Below, piece after piece: positions 12,920 to 26,764 of a stretch of 64,000 nucleotides of DNA. The translations under genes were made by a program, and so were the position numbers. Each line of letters opens with the position of its first letter. Within the stretch, counting starts at the first letter, position 1. The notes under the pieces were generated by a model. It was not told where the DNA came from. It worked only from the letters and a program-made list of their open reading frames with translations, and did no database searches. The DNA comes from Eledone cirrhosa (Eukaryota). The DNA is taken from NCBI GenBank assembly GCA_964016885.1, contig OZ024754.1, positions 4,340,001 to 4,404,000 of the forward strand, given 5' to 3'.

Positions 12920-15071
12920 AATTGGCGATTTATATATATATATATATATATATATAAATCGCCAATTCTAATAAGTTGACTGATGTTACGATTGAGTCCA
13001 TAGCTTCTATATGAAGGATAATCAATAAAAACATGTATATTCTTAGATACACTGTGCTTATGCATCGAGTGTTCATATTGGTACCAGTAATTCACTGACA
13101 CATCTACACTGTGTCTGTCTGTGGGCGCGCGCGTGTGTGTGTGTAATGTCTATGGACTTAAATTCGCAAAATAGAAATGTTGACATAATTTTAAAAAAAT
13201 ACTGTATTGAATAATAATAGGTTTGATAATTACATATTTGCTTGATGAAGAAATTGATATATAATTAATATATAATAGATAGAGCAAGATATTTAATATA
13301 ACATTGTAATATTATAACTTACAATATATGTTTTTGATTCAAGGATTGGTCTGGCTAGTTGGTTGGGAGTTGAAGGGTTACCCTGGAACGACAAGTGGGT
13401 AAATATTATACCGCGATATATCTGTATGTATGTAGATAGGTTGATAGATAGATAGATAGGCAGGTGGGTATATAGCTAGATAACTAGGTTGGTATATATA
13501 TATAGTTAGATAAATAAGTAGATTGTTAGATAGATTTTTATATATATATATATATATATATCTGACAAGTAAGTATTTTTTGAAACAGCGAGTGAGTTTA
13601 AAATTAGAAATAGAAGCTTTCGCCGTAATTTTGACAAAATAAATTTTAGCCTGATAGTGGGGTTTAGAACCCTCTAAGAAATGGGAAAAGATGAATATTG
13701 CGTAGTTAAATGGGTAGATAGATAGATAGGAATATAGATGGATTACTAGGTAGAGAGAGAGAATGGTAAATAGATTAACAAACATACAGATAGGCATGAA
13801 GTTACATAATTTAGATTGAGCGTACAAGTCAACTGTGAGCAGGAAAATTAAGCTAGAAAATTAATTAGGGTTGACATAAAGTGGGGCTAAAACTCGATTC
13901 TTTACTGCCCTCTAAAAACCCTTCAGTAGCTGCAATGTGGTTGATGTTAGGGAAAAGACTATACGACACTTTGGTCTTGTAGATGACATGATAACCTCTC
14001 TAGTGATGACCCCAGTGGCAATAAACTAGGAGAAAGACTATATAGAATTGGCAGGACGCTCTAGCGCTGGTGCAAGTGAAATAAAACTCTCAGGAGACCT
14101 GAACTACAGAAGATCTTCAGAGAAGAAACCCCCAGCAAGCGACTCTTTCTAAAATACACCCAGTACCATCTGTAAAGTGGTTGATGATCAAATAAGGACA
14201 ATGTAGCGTGAGAGCAGAATCTTTAGTTATGTTGAGGTCATGACAAACTTTCTAGTGTTGATACCACTATATAATACACGCAGTATACTCTGTAAAGTGA
14301 ATGCTGATAAAGTAGAGACCACATTTTAGTTTAGTTGGTGACTAATAAACTAAAGATCAACGTGTATACCCAGTTGGACTTGTATGCCTCAATTAAGAAA
14401 AAACAATTATTTAAATTTAAAGTCAATAAAAGTTTACTTACTCATAAAAGTGTCTTGGTGAACGGCTTTCAGGATTTCAAATCTGTCTGGAGGTCCTGTT
14501 GTTGGTATGTCGTAGAGTCCTGATTTCAATCTCTTGTCAGAGATCGAAGATTGAGGGGTAAGGCAAATTTGCCAAATTGACTGGAGTTGGGGGGCATATT
14601 GACGCGATGCGAGAATGTATAACGCGATGCGAGAATGAAAGTACGATTAACCAATTCGATTTAACGCGATACGAGAATGTAAGTATGATCAACCAATAAG
14701 ATATAACGCGATGCAAGCATGTAAATAGTATCAAACAATCAAATACGGTACAATACAACAATGGAAAGAAAATGGGATTACTGGACCCCATTTCTTTCAA
14801 CATAATATGATAAACGGCCCTCTTACTTGCAGGGTGATCAAAGGGATTGGAACCCTTGATCAGGATGTTGAGTGGTCCTCCTCTTCATGATGGTGTAACA
14901 AAAATACATACGTACCAAACTGGAGTTCTAAATTTTTGCTGAAATAATATATTCAGAGGCACTGGTATGGCTGTATGATTAAGGGTTAGGTGGTTATTGA
15001 TTTCGCTTTGCTACCATAAGGTTTATGGTTCTAACCCACGACTATGTGGTTACAGACCCTTCTAGGATAGC

Positions 15072-15146
<75 letters not shown>

Positions 15147-15373
15147 AAGTCACAGATATGTATGTGCCAACCGGTCACAATTGATTTTTTTATATGGTTA
15201 ATTATGCTAATTGAGAGAGGAAATGATATATATTTTATCTAATAATTCTAAGGACATGATTTATGATATATATATATAGTAATAATAATAAATTTTAAGA
15301 CTAAAATCCAAAGAGGGCTCGATAAGGATAATTAAGCAGCGATTCTTTGCTTAAACTTTAATCTGTTATTTTA

Positions 15374-15414
<41 letters not shown>

Positions 15415-16282
15415 AGCATGGGAAAGTGCGCATAAACGCAGGGGGTACCCAGCTGGGGGAAATTGTCTCAAATAATCTCATCCAGCCCATGCCAACATGG
15501 GAAAGTGAACATAGAAATGATAACCCTTATACATGATCATACATGCGCTCCTGAATTATTTCAACAAGAGAAATGATTAAATTATTTGAACCATCAAAAA
15601 TGTATTTGTTGTTTCATAAATACTTTTTAATCATTTCCCATAATTAGTAATAACAATCACAATAATATATAGAGTCGTTAAAGTTTAATTATTTCTAAAA
15701 TAATTGTAATTATAATACATATTCTGATTTACTTATTTAAAGGACAACTAACAATTATATTTTTTTAATGACAGTCATTAATTATGGTTTGTAAATAGTT
15801 TCGAAAATAATCAAACATTTGGAGAGATTTAGAAATAGGAATATGATAGAGGTATTCCGTGATAGACTTAGGCAGATGTTAGGGAAGCTGATCTCAGTGA
15901 GGTAAACCTCACAATGGAAAGAAAAGGGTAGAGGGACGCTGTGATAGATGTATTCCATGGAATACTTAGGCAGAAGTATCCAAGAAGACCCTGTTGTCAT
16001 ATTGGGGACTTAACTACCTCTCTAAAGTTGATACCACGGTAAAATATACCCAGCACACAATGTAACGAGCTTGACCATCAAATGGAGATAGTGAAGTGTA
16101 GAGTGGATCCTTTAACCATGTTGAGGATATAATATATTACCTAGATTCATGTGGAGGGAATATCTGATAGAAATAAGCCAAGTAAGACTTAGGCAGAAGA
16201 GGGGAAGAAGACTTGTTCAACCCATGCAAGCAAACATAAAAAACAAAAAATGGGTATAAAATATTGATATTGTTGGCATATT

Positions 16283-16610
16283 AAGGCACATGGCTTAGTG
16301 GTTAAAGCATTGGGCTTGCATTTGAGAGGTTGCTGGTTCGATTCTCGGACCGGGTGATGCATTGTGTCCTTGCGCAAGACACTTTATTTCCCGTTGCTCC
16401 AGTTTACTCAGCTGTAGAAATGAGTTGAGTCACTGGTGTCAAGTTGTATCGGCCTTTGCCTTGGACAACATCTGTGGCGTGAAAAGGGAAGACTGGTATG
16501 CATGGGCGACTACTGGTCGTCCACAAAATAAACCTTGACCGGACTTGTGCCTCGAAGGGAAACTGTCTAGGTGCAAAACTATGGTGATTCGTGACCGAGT
16601 GGAGCCTTCA
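16283..16610 (+). mobile_element. tRNA-derived SINE family B (CORE-like centre)
   Basis: A-box TGGCTTAGTGG, B-box GGTTCGATTC, central TGTGTCCTTG(C/A)GCAAGACACTT. Confidence 0.8.
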
Positions 16611-16910
16611 TATTAATTAGCAATAAATAGAATTATAAAAAATACGGACTCTTTATTATTGCAAATTGTTTCCCCAAAATAATATAAAATACAATTTATA
16701 AATGTCATCTTTTCATTGCTTAGAAATGTCATCTTTTGTTTTTCTTATTTCACTGTTAAAATGTTAATTTAAACAAATTACCGTATACACTTATGTATAA
16801 GTCACAATTCTATTTTTCTACACTAGGTTTTTTACAACACGCTGACGCCTATGCGTGTATATATGTGTGTATGTGCATAAATGTATATGTATGAGTATAT
16901 AAGTATAACT

Positions 16911-17060
16911 GTTTCTACTTTTGGCACAAGGCCAGCAATTAACCATTTCATTACTGGTACTTTATTTTATCGACCCCGTAAGGATGAAAGGCAAAGTTAA
17001 CCTCGGCGAGATTTGAACTCAGAATGGCAAGGGCCGTAACTCTATGCGTCAAAGCATGGT
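16911..17060 (-). mobile_element. SINE family A (partial)
   Basis: Body and tail match. Confidence 0.8.
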
Positions 17061-17857
17061 ATATAAGTATAACCACGCAAACGCAGACTTACAAAATTAC
17101 ACACTCTCAGACATGCATTCACACAAACACACATACATTCACTCACACAAACACACACACATACACTCATACAAACACACGCACACATATACGTACAGTC
17201 CCACACAGCGTAGAAAAGGGAACGCCAGCCACTGTTTTACTATAGTTTGTTCACCATATTCTACCTTCATTTTGCACACACCTACAATAACACAAACGCA
17301 GACACACGCGCGCGCACGCACACACACACACACACATGCATACATTTACACAAACACACGCAGACACGTACAGTCCCACAAAGCATAGCAAAGAGGACGC
17401 CAGCCGCTGCTTTGCTATAGTTTTTTCGCTATCCTCTTCCTTCCTTTTACACACACACAGTGTGACAAGCGGACTGGCAGACGGAAGTCTCTCAAATTTA
17501 TATATAGATACATGCACTGTGATATTGAAAGTAAATATGGAGGGAGTCTGGAGGCTACTGTGTTGGCAATCGGAGACAATGCAGTATTTGAGAGGGGGCT
17601 TCTCTCTGGAAGAGCATGTGACAACGTCTCTAGAGCCGGTGCCATAAAAACACAGCTAGTACAACCTGTAGAATTGTTGGCATTATGAAGGGCATCCAAC
17701 CATAGAAACCCTGCCAAATATGGAACTAATGAGCAAGAGGAGTAGGTCTTGAAATACTTCTCTCTCTCTCTGTCTGTCTGTCTATGTGTGTATTTGTGTG
17801 TCTATATGTGAGTATATGTGTGTGTATATAAGTGTGTGTATACCTGCGTATATGTGT

Positions 17858-18187
17858 GTGCGCATCGTTTAGTAGTTAGAGCGTTGGGCATACAATCGTG
17901 AGGTTGTGAGTTCGATTCTGGGATCGGGTGATGCGTTGTGTTCTTGAGCAAGACATTTTATTTCACACTACTCCAGTTTACTCAGCTGTACACATGAGTT
18001 GTGACGTCACTGATGTCAAGCTGTATCGGCCATTGCTTTTCCCTTGGGCAACATTGGTGGCGTGGAGAGGGGAGACTGGTATGCATAGGTAACTGCTGGT
18101 CTTCCACAAATAACCATGCCCGGACTTGTACCTCGGAGGGAAACTTTTTTGGTGCATATCCCATGGTCATTCGTGACCGAAGGGGAT
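17858..18187 (+). mobile_element. SINE family B
   Basis: Colinear with 16283-16610. Confidence 0.8.
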
Positions 18188-18202
18188 CTTTACTTTATAC
18201 AT

Positions 18203-18478
18203 GTCATCATCATCATTTTACCTCCGCTTTTCCCTGCTTGCAAGGGTGGGACGGGTCCTATTCAGCACAGCATCTCTCTATTTGTCACGGTCCTTCGTCA
18301 TCTCCTCCGTAAACTTCAGCGATCTGGGATCAGTTCTCTGCACTTCCGCCCATGTTTTTCGTGGTCTTCCTCTACTGCGTCTTCCTTCTACTGGGATTTC
18401 TTGGCACTTCTTTACCCAGCGGTCATCCTCCATGCGCATCACATGTCCATACGAACGTAGTCTTCTCTCCCACACACT
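18203..18478 (-). mobile_element. RTE-like LINE 3' fragment with (TGA)n tail
   Basis: ERRLRSYGHVMRMEDDRWVKKC...EGRRSRGRPRKTW is a typical RTE C-terminal motif; it is followed by a short UTR and an atgatgatga tail. Confidence 0.85.
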
Positions 18479-18949
18479 ACAGCTTATGTGTGTGTAAATG
18501 TGTGAGCATATATGAGTGTATAGCTCTGTGTGTGTATGTACATCTGTGTGTGCCAGTGTGTGTGTCTCTATTCAAGATAAAAGGTGTGACATATACTTAA
18601 GTATTCACGGTAGTTGAAAACATGAATAACAAAAAGAAAATAATAAAAAAAACATTAACCCTTTTCTTACTGCCTTTCTAATAAATTTGGAGGGATTACT
18701 AAATGTTAGTACTTCAATGCTGTGATATTTGGGAAGTAATATCAGGTTCCTCTTGAGTGCTACTAGTAACATAACCAAGTACAATCAATTACACTGCCGG
18801 GTTATCGGTGACTAAACAGGTAAATCCACGAAGTTTGCTTTGTGAGAAGGATGATTTCTCGACACACTTTCAAATGAAAAGCAAAACCTCTCGAAGTGCG
18901 GAGGAACGCAAGAGAGTCAACAGTCATTCAATAATGTGTAAAAAAAAAA

Positions 18950-19260
18950 AAAAATGAGCACGTTTGCCTTGGTTGACAGTCAGTCTATATCTTCGAGAAA
19001 AATCACTCTGATTTCAAAACTGCGGTAGATCTGACTCTTCAGTCAGTCACTTTGGTGTCAACCTTTCAAGTAACCAACGAATTGCTCCTTGTGATGAAGC
19101 TGGATGAGATTCGGCTCAATGGTAAGCTTCCAGGTAAAGGTCGGACAAAGATTCGGGCCTCACAGACGTCAGTTCTTTTCCTGATGTGAATTGTGGCCAT
19201 ATATCAGTATGCAGTATGCAGTGAGCATTCGTGCTATTGTCCATGGTCCCCGATCCTCAG
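18950..19260 (+). mobile_element. Probable RTE 5'-UTR remnant
   Basis: 'gagaaaaatcactctgatttcaaaactgcgg' resembles the RTE leader motif seen at 61990-62040 and 35830-35850. Confidence 0.35.
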
Positions 19261-19504
19261 CAATGAGGATGAGAAGAGACCAGACATATTCATGAGAAGA
19301 CGCATGGCTTAGTTGGGATAAGGTGTTATGATAAAAAACATATGGTTATACGTTTGATCCCGATGGTGGGACAGGTGATACTTCCTGATCTTGAACAAGA
19401 CACTTCATTTCATGTTGCTCCAGTCTACTTAGCTTGCTGAAAGAAATGACTTTCAACGAGACTTGTTCAAGGCTGCTTGCATTATAATTAAAATGTTAAT
19501 GATA

Positions 19505-19640
19505 ATTGTTTCTACTTTTGGCACAAGGCCAGCAATTACTCAGTACATTACTGGTACTTTATTTTATCGACCCCGTAAGGATGAAAGGCAAAGTTAACCT
19601 CGGCAAGATTTGAACTCAGACCATAAAGGGACGTAACTAT
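19505..19640 (-). mobile_element. SINE family A (partial)
   Basis: Body and tail match. Confidence 0.8.
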
Positions 19641-20644
19641 CTGAGAAACCCTTAAAAATGGGATGTCATAATTTTACAGGGGAGTAGATTGGTATAAAAA
19701 GGGTTAAAACGGTTAGTATTATCATTAATAATAATAATAATAATAATAGTAGTAATAGTTTTCTTTTCTCATTTAATATTTACTATAGCAATAACAACAA
19801 CAATAAAAACAAGCCCCCAGGGTGGCAATATTAGTAAGGGGTTAGTCAATGTAATCGACAAAACTAGCGGCAGTACTTGACTGGCTTTTTGTTTTATGTC
19901 CCAACCCCCACAGATACACACACATACACATGCACACACACCCACCCAGGCTCTGGACGCGTGGATAGAGAGATAAATAGACACTTTTTTGTGAAATGCA
20001 CCATCTCACAATAATAATAACAATTTCTGTTATATATATATATCATCATCATCTTTTCTACTACTCCCCACCCCCTCCAAATCTGCCCTTCCCTCAATAT
20101 GTTCTCGTTGCCATTCCCTCCCTCTGCACCATCTCTCTCCCACCCTATTTGCACACATCAGCAAGGTCCTTCTTTTGCCATTGCTCTCTCTTCTATCACC
20201 CCCTCCCCCGCCCCGCCTCTTTTCTCGGTCTACTGCTGGGTCCATGATAAGGCGCACCCTAAACATTTTATGAAGTGTTTCGCGATCGAATTGAGACAAG
20301 AGAGAACCATTTAGTTTTGCTGAGTGTACTACATACTACAAATCTTTACGCGAACGAAAAAAAATGACGATGATATATATATATATATTTAAATATTAAT
20401 ATCTCTCTCACCCTCCCACCCCCTCTCTCACATATATATATGGTGGATTCCTCATGTATATCGGGAGGTGACCACAGTTAAGGAAGTAGGCAATAGGTCC
20501 GTAGAATATAGGCATCATCATTTTATTATGGAAACGACTTCTACAGGACTAGAACTGTTTCATTCGTAAGAAATCATCAGTATTCTTCACGAATGGAATA
20601 GTTCTAGTCCGGTAGAAGTCATTTCTATAATGGTTTCTTATATA

Positions 20645-20850
20645 GACACAAGGCCAGCAATTTTGAGGGGAGGGAAAAGTCAATTAAATCGACCCCAGTG
20701 CGTGACTGGTACTTTATTTTATCGACCCCGTAAGGATGAAAGGCAAAGTTAACCTCGGCGGGATTTGAACTCAGAATGGCAAGGGCCGTAACTCTACGCG
20801 TCAAAGCATGGCGTCCGACCCTCTACCGATACTGCCAATCCATCGGCCTT
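20645..20850 (-). mobile_element. tRNA-derived SINE family A
   Basis: Head GGATTGGCAGTATCGGTAGAG, B-box GAGTTCAAATCCC, body GCCTTTCATCCTTACGGGGTCGATAAAATAAAGTACCAG, tail GGCCTTGTG; recurs many times in the window. Confidence 0.85.
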
Positions 20851-21472
20851 ATAGTAATAATAATAACAATTATGTATATATACAAGCATGTATGTATGTG
20901 TATATATGTAAGTATGTGTGTGTGTGTATATATGTATGTATGTATGCATATGCAGGGTGGTTTTAAAGTCATTTTATCAACATACATGTCACAATCATAA
21001 ACACAATGTGGAATACAAAAGAAATTACTAGTGTTAGGGGTATTCTGGTTTAACCCACCCTCTCTTACCACTGATGCTCATACAAAGGGGCAGATACAGT
21101 ATATGAAAAGTCGATTACATTAACAACCACCTTGGGTGGAGATTGAACACAAACCTGACAGGAATGTAACTTTATACATTATACACCCTGTTAGCTTTGA
21201 ACAGGTAAAAGAAATTGCCTACCAGACAATATACCTCCGAAGATTTATTCTGAAGAGAATATCTATAAATTCAAGTAAATATATATATAGAGAGATATAT
21301 TTATTTATAGAGAGATAGGTAGATAGGTAGATTTAAAAGAAGCGAAGTCAATGTTGTAGCATATACACAAACTTAGCAAATAGACTGTATATAAAAATCA
21401 TGTAAATATATATACATTATATATGCAACAAAAAGAATGTATATAAATTCATGTAGAAACCAGTTCACTTAC

Positions 21473-21600
21473 GTTCTTCCGAGGCGCAGGTCACTTTTCG
21501 TGGGTCCATATGTGTGAAGATTCGTGCTGACGAGGTCATACTTTTAGAATTTAGAAGACTGTAGTTGTTTTCGGGGACGTTAGAATCCATGTTGATCAAC
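21473..21600 (-). CDS. Candidate host exon (128 bp), product unknown
   Basis: Acceptor tctattccaccctag|G and donor AAC|gtaagt; open frame LINMDSNVPENNYSLLNSKSMTSSARIFTHMDPRKVTCASEE; non-repetitive composition. Confidence 0.5.
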
Positions 21601-21645
21601 CTAGGGTGGAATAGAGATATAATTGGTTATTGATACTAATGTATG

Positions 21646-21825
21646 TTGGCAGTATCGGTAGAGGGTCGGACGCCAAGCTTTCCAGCATAGAGTTACGTCT
21701 CTTTATGATCTGAGTTCAAATCCCCTCGAGGTTAACTTTGCCGTTCATCCTTACGTGGTTGATAAAATAAAGTACCAGTAATGTACTGGGTAATTGCTGG
21801 CCTTGTGGCAAAAATAGAAACAATT
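21646..21825 (+). mobile_element. SINE family A
   Basis: Same head/body/tail as 20645-20850. Confidence 0.85.
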
Positions 21826-21906
21826 ATATATATATATATATATAAACGAAAATTTAATATAGAAATGGCTTTTAGATGACGAGAACTGTTTCATTCGGGA
21901 TCAATA

Positions 21907-22016
<110 letters not shown>

Positions 22017-22108
22017 AATGTATATATGTATATATATAATAGTTGGTTCAGTAGATATGCTGTTTACTGGGGCGGGTACCAAAATCTGCACTCTATGATA
22101 AGGCAGGG

Positions 22109-22232
22109 TGTATATACTGAAAACAAAGCGAGGTTTCACATTAAGATCTCTACTGAGTATACATATTTACGACCGTAACTCTGTATAAACACTAAAGACC
22201 TAAATGTGAAACCTAGCTTTGTTTTCAATATA
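22109..22232. repeat. Imperfect inverted repeat in (TA)n context
   Basis: atatactgaaaacaaagcgaggtttcacatt / aatgtgaaacctagctttgttttcaatatat. Confidence 0.75.
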
Positions 22233-22311
22233 TATATATATATATAAATAAACGCACACACACATACCTTTATTTTATCGAATGTTCATATTGGTAACAC
22301 CATCAGTAATC

Positions 22312-22356
<45 letters not shown>

Positions 22357-22449
22357 AAGTAATTCCATCGGAAAAGTCCAGGAAAAAAGAGTGCTCTATG
22401 TAGGCAACAGAGCTTAATTATTATTATTATGTTGTTATAAACCAGGATT

Positions 22450-22509
22450 TTTCATTCTGAGGATTGAAAGCAAAACCTTTTGCTTTTAAGAAACCACTGG
22501 TAAATGGAA
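22450..22509 (+). ncRNA. Type I hammerhead ribozyme (canonical core)
   Basis: UUUCAUU-CUGAGGA-[UUGAAAGCAAA accu UUUGCUUUUAA]-GAAA-CC acu GG-UA^-AAUGGAA: stem I 7 bp, stem II 11 bp. Confidence 0.85.
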
Positions 22510-22541
22510 TAATTGCCTTATGTTGTTTATTACATAATAAT

Positions 22542-22605
<64 letters not shown>

Positions 22606-22779
22606 ATATATGAGTGTGTGCGCTGCTGTTGTTTCGAATGTACCAGCTCTCGGTTACGAGTAAACAACCTGTCAACTAAATGTTTTCAATCTCAGTACGA
22701 CGTAGACTTCACTATTAACAGCGATCTAATTGATGTTCAAAGAACCATATACATTATGAAGCTCAGAATCTGTGTAACT

Positions 22780-23570
22780 ATGATAAAGGCCTTGGATGGT
22801 ATTTAGCACGGGAGTCAAGTCTAACTAATGAGTAGTTATCCGTCTTCATATGTGACAGTTTCAAAGTTAGCCCACTAACTCCGATAAGTACTAAACAGCG
22901 ACAAGGGAAAAACCTTGAAATCAGTGACAATTCGAGTGAAAACTGAATTTTTGTAATTGTTAAATTCTGCGAAGCTACTAATTTTGACTGTAGCAGAGTA
23001 GAGAGGAGGTGTTCCTTAATAAGGGACTAGGAAATTGAAGGCAGGCAAGTGGGCAGTATAATGCGAGACAAGAGTGGACATTTCAACAATCAAGTGATGG
23101 ACTAAAAGTTGTTGAGCTATTGGTAAAAATGTCAGAAAATTAGCAACGACTGCTGAATCATAAATGAAGCGGATGAATTGTTAGAGAGGTTTCGGGAAAA
23201 CGTTGATGATGAATGACTTAGTTAATTATCTTGGACGATGAACAAACACTACCATCACGTAGATTAGTTGAGAAAGATAGAATAAAAGAGAATTTTAAAT
23301 CTCTATCAAGGTGATCAGTTCGGTTCAAAGAACATGGACGTTGGATGTATAAATTAAGTTTCATACCAGATTCTAGAGCTTAAAGAAAATGTGGAAAGAA
23401 AGTAACAAAGATGTTCTCTCAATACGTACTAATGTTAATATAAACGACGATAGATGGTCGAATAGACAAACTACTTGCGACATTAAGGCCAGTTTTATAG
23501 AACACAAGTGTAAATTGTAAGTCGCCTGCTTGGCATCACATAACTTGTTATCCCTTTTAGATGACATATT
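22780..23570 (-). pseudogene. Highly degraded CR1/L2-like LINE 3' region
   Basis: Minus strand near 22920-22970 reads NYKNSVFTRIVTDF, similar to the 'NSFFPR...WN' end of CR1-group ORF2; many stops. Confidence 0.35.
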
Positions 23571-24794
23571 TGACGTGTTCTTTATTTCAACATTTCATCA
23601 TTTATCTTCTGCTGTACGTTTACATGAAACTGAGCTCTACTGCCTAAAGTTTATCTTCATTGAAACTATGTTCTAGTCTAACTGAGAAAGTTAACTAATA
23701 AAAGATTTATCTTCTGCTGTTCGTTTACATGAAACTGAGCTCTACTGCCTAAAGTTTATCTTTATTGAAACTATGTTCTATTCTAACTGAGAAAGTTAAC
23801 TAATAAAAGATTCCATTACTATCCCAGATATGTTAATCGAAGGAAGGTTTCGTTTCGTTTCTAATGAGTTAATTCTAAATAGAGGACGAGGAGCTGAGGC
23901 AACGAAGAATCTACTGAGAATAGAAGCCAAACTACTTCATTTTACACCATATTGACTTAATAGTGGATAATTTATTTCATTTCCTGAAACAGCAAACAGT
24001 GAGACTGGATGATCATGGCTGGAACGATTTAGATCATATCCCTGCTTGCTCAAAGCTGACCTGGTGCTAAATAATTGTTTCTACGTTTAGCACAAGGCCA
24101 GCAATTATTCCAGTGTATTACTGGTGCTTTATTTTATCGACCTCGTGACCAAAGATGCATCTGTACAAAGTTACTTAAAACTTGAACTCGTCAGCATTTT
24201 TCTTTTCTTCTTTTCAAAGATGGTTTATTTATCATAGAATACACATTTGGTGATCTCAAGGAGATTTGATTGCTATATCTAGCAAATCAAACGACTGTTT
24301 AGGGACTCCCTCAAGAAGTAAGAAGTTGACATGCCAGACATAGTTATTGCAATGATTTAATGTTACACTATCTTTATATAGACAACTTTCAAAGAAAACA
24401 AATATCATTAAAGAATCTCCTCTCAAGCTCAGTAGTAAGCTGGTTGTTATATTAGGCTGTATCAATGGTACTTAGAAGAAATAACTTACAAAATACAGAC
24501 AGCTGGACTCTGTGTTCAGTTAGGTTTTACTATTGATGTTTTCAGTTTTCTGCTACTATCGATTTGACTTGATTCTCTACAGAATTTTTAAATTATCGAT
24601 CTTAAACTAGTATCCTCAATATTTTCTTTATACCATGAGATCTAATAAAATACAATTCAGTAATTCTGTTTCAGGTGATAGGGTATATAAGTTCCTTGTT
24701 TGGGTATTTCCTGGTGTTTTGTGTAAATGGCATGCATATATTTGAGCATCCTGTCTTATATAAATACAGATATATATATATATATATATATTTA

Positions 24795-24975
24795 TCCCGG
24801 GTTCAATCGGGGGTAACCACAGTAAGTAAGGTACTCAATACATAGCAGAGTATAAATATTTGATATAGAAATGGCTTCTACAGGACTAGAACTGTTTCAT
24901 TCGGGAGAAATCATCAGGGCTTCCTGATGATTTCTCCCGAATGAAACAGTTCTAGTCCTGTAGAAGCCATTTATA
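24795..24975. repeat. Palindromic hammerhead-bearing element (family also at 20531, 21858, 29657, 48250, 59032)
   Basis: Arms ~24868-24918 and 24923-24972; the left flank 24795-24865 is the reverse complement of 59085-59158. Confidence 0.9.
24918..24968 (+). ncRNA. Type I hammerhead ribozyme (canonical core)
   Basis: GGCUUC-CUGAUGA-U[UUC uccc GAA]U-GAAA-CAG uucuaguc CUG-UA^-GAAGCC: stem I 6 bp, GUA cleavage triplet. Confidence 0.85.
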
Positions 24976-25779
24976 TATATATATACTTTCTTTATAATCG
25001 TCCTATCTGTTTAATAAGTCTTACATATTTAAGGTGTGATTTAAAGGAAAATTTAGTAGATAGATCTAACAGTTCAGGAGGTGACAACATATATACTTCC
25101 TTGTTGGTTCATACGATAGCTATCTAGTTAGGCGACCAGAAGAAAAAACGAGAGGGATGAGGGCAAAGGAGAGGTAGAAATTTAGGTACACTGACAAACA
25201 GGAGTGGATCATTTGAACGTTAAAATGCGTTTGGGAATAGGAAATAACATTTGTCTTGGTTTTTTACATTTTGTATTTTTATGGGGGGTTTTTTTTTTTT
25301 TTTCAAATTGCAAGATAGTTAAAGGAAAAGCAGTGACATGTTTGTCAATCAATGATGTCTCCTTGGCTGTCGTTCAGATCTGTGTATCACGGATGGTAGG
25401 CGGGTATTTTGGGGGCAATGCCACGGGGCAATTTTTGTGAAGCAAGTGACTCGCTGATGACAATAGTAGCAGCTGCCTTTCAAGGCCCAGCGGCTGCTTT
25501 AGTTAAAGGGAGGTGTCGTATCGTATGCAATATTTTTTTTATTTTATTTTGTTTTATCTTATTTATTTCTTGTTTTTCTCTCTTTTTCTCGGGTCACGGT
25601 TTTCCTTTTGCTCTCATCAGAGAAGAAATATATAAATGCAAGAAGAAAAGAAGAACCAATGCTGGCCAAAGGCAAAATTGATGAAAAAAGCTGGGACAGG
25701 AAAAAAAAATACGATAGCGAGAGCTTAGCGCACTGAAGAATTTGCGATGCTAACCCCCCCCCCCCCCCCCCCCCATTCA

Positions 25780-25845
25780 TACATATATACATATGTATGT
25801 GTATATATAAATATATATATATATGTATGTGTATATATATATATG

Positions 25846-25894
<49 letters not shown>

Positions 25895-26013
25895 ATATAT
25901 ATATATATATATGTGTGTATATATATATATATATATGTGTATATATATATATATATATGTGTATATATATATATATAAGTGTATATATATATATATATGT
26001 GTATATATATATA

Positions 26014-26064
<51 letters not shown>

Positions 26065-26076
26065 GTATATATGTGA

Positions 26077-26107
<31 letters not shown>

Positions 26108-26386
26108 TATGTATGTAATATATATGTATATATATATTTATATACATATGTATGTGTGTATATATATATATATACATACATATGTATAGGTATATATATA
26201 CAAATATATAGGTATATATATATATACATATGTATATATATATATATATACAAATATATAGTTTTATAAATATATATATATACATATGTATATATATATA
26301 CAAATATATAGTTATATATATATATATATATATATACATACATATGTGTATATATATACAAATATATATATATATATATGTATGTG

Positions 26387-26417
<31 letters not shown>

Positions 26418-26449
26418 ATATGTGTGTGCGTGTGTTTGTATGTAAGGAA

Positions 26450-26513
<64 letters not shown>

Positions 26514-26528
26514 GTGTGTGTAAGGAAG

Positions 26529-26570
<42 letters not shown>
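25780..26570. repeat. (TA)n/(TG)n compound microsatellite
   Basis: One of many such tracts (also 44870-45370, 55490-55840, 59920-61330). Confidence 0.95.
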
Positions 26571-26572
<2 letters not shown>

Positions 26573-26764
26573 CATGCCTGGGAAAGTGCTGGGGGGATAG
26601 AAGAGAAATAAGAACTGGAGTTTCGAAATAAATGATAGAATATAAAATATAAAATATAAGGAATAAAAATAAAATTAGAGGCGAAAGAAAGGAACAGATT
26701 CTTTGTTGAAACAATGGAAGGAGGTGGATGTAAGACAAAAGGAAAATGTCAACGGAGGGCTATA

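Noticed and set aside
16283-16355. tRNA genes at SINE heads
   Set aside because: A and B boxes are present but no complete cloverleaf was seen, and each continues into a SINE body.
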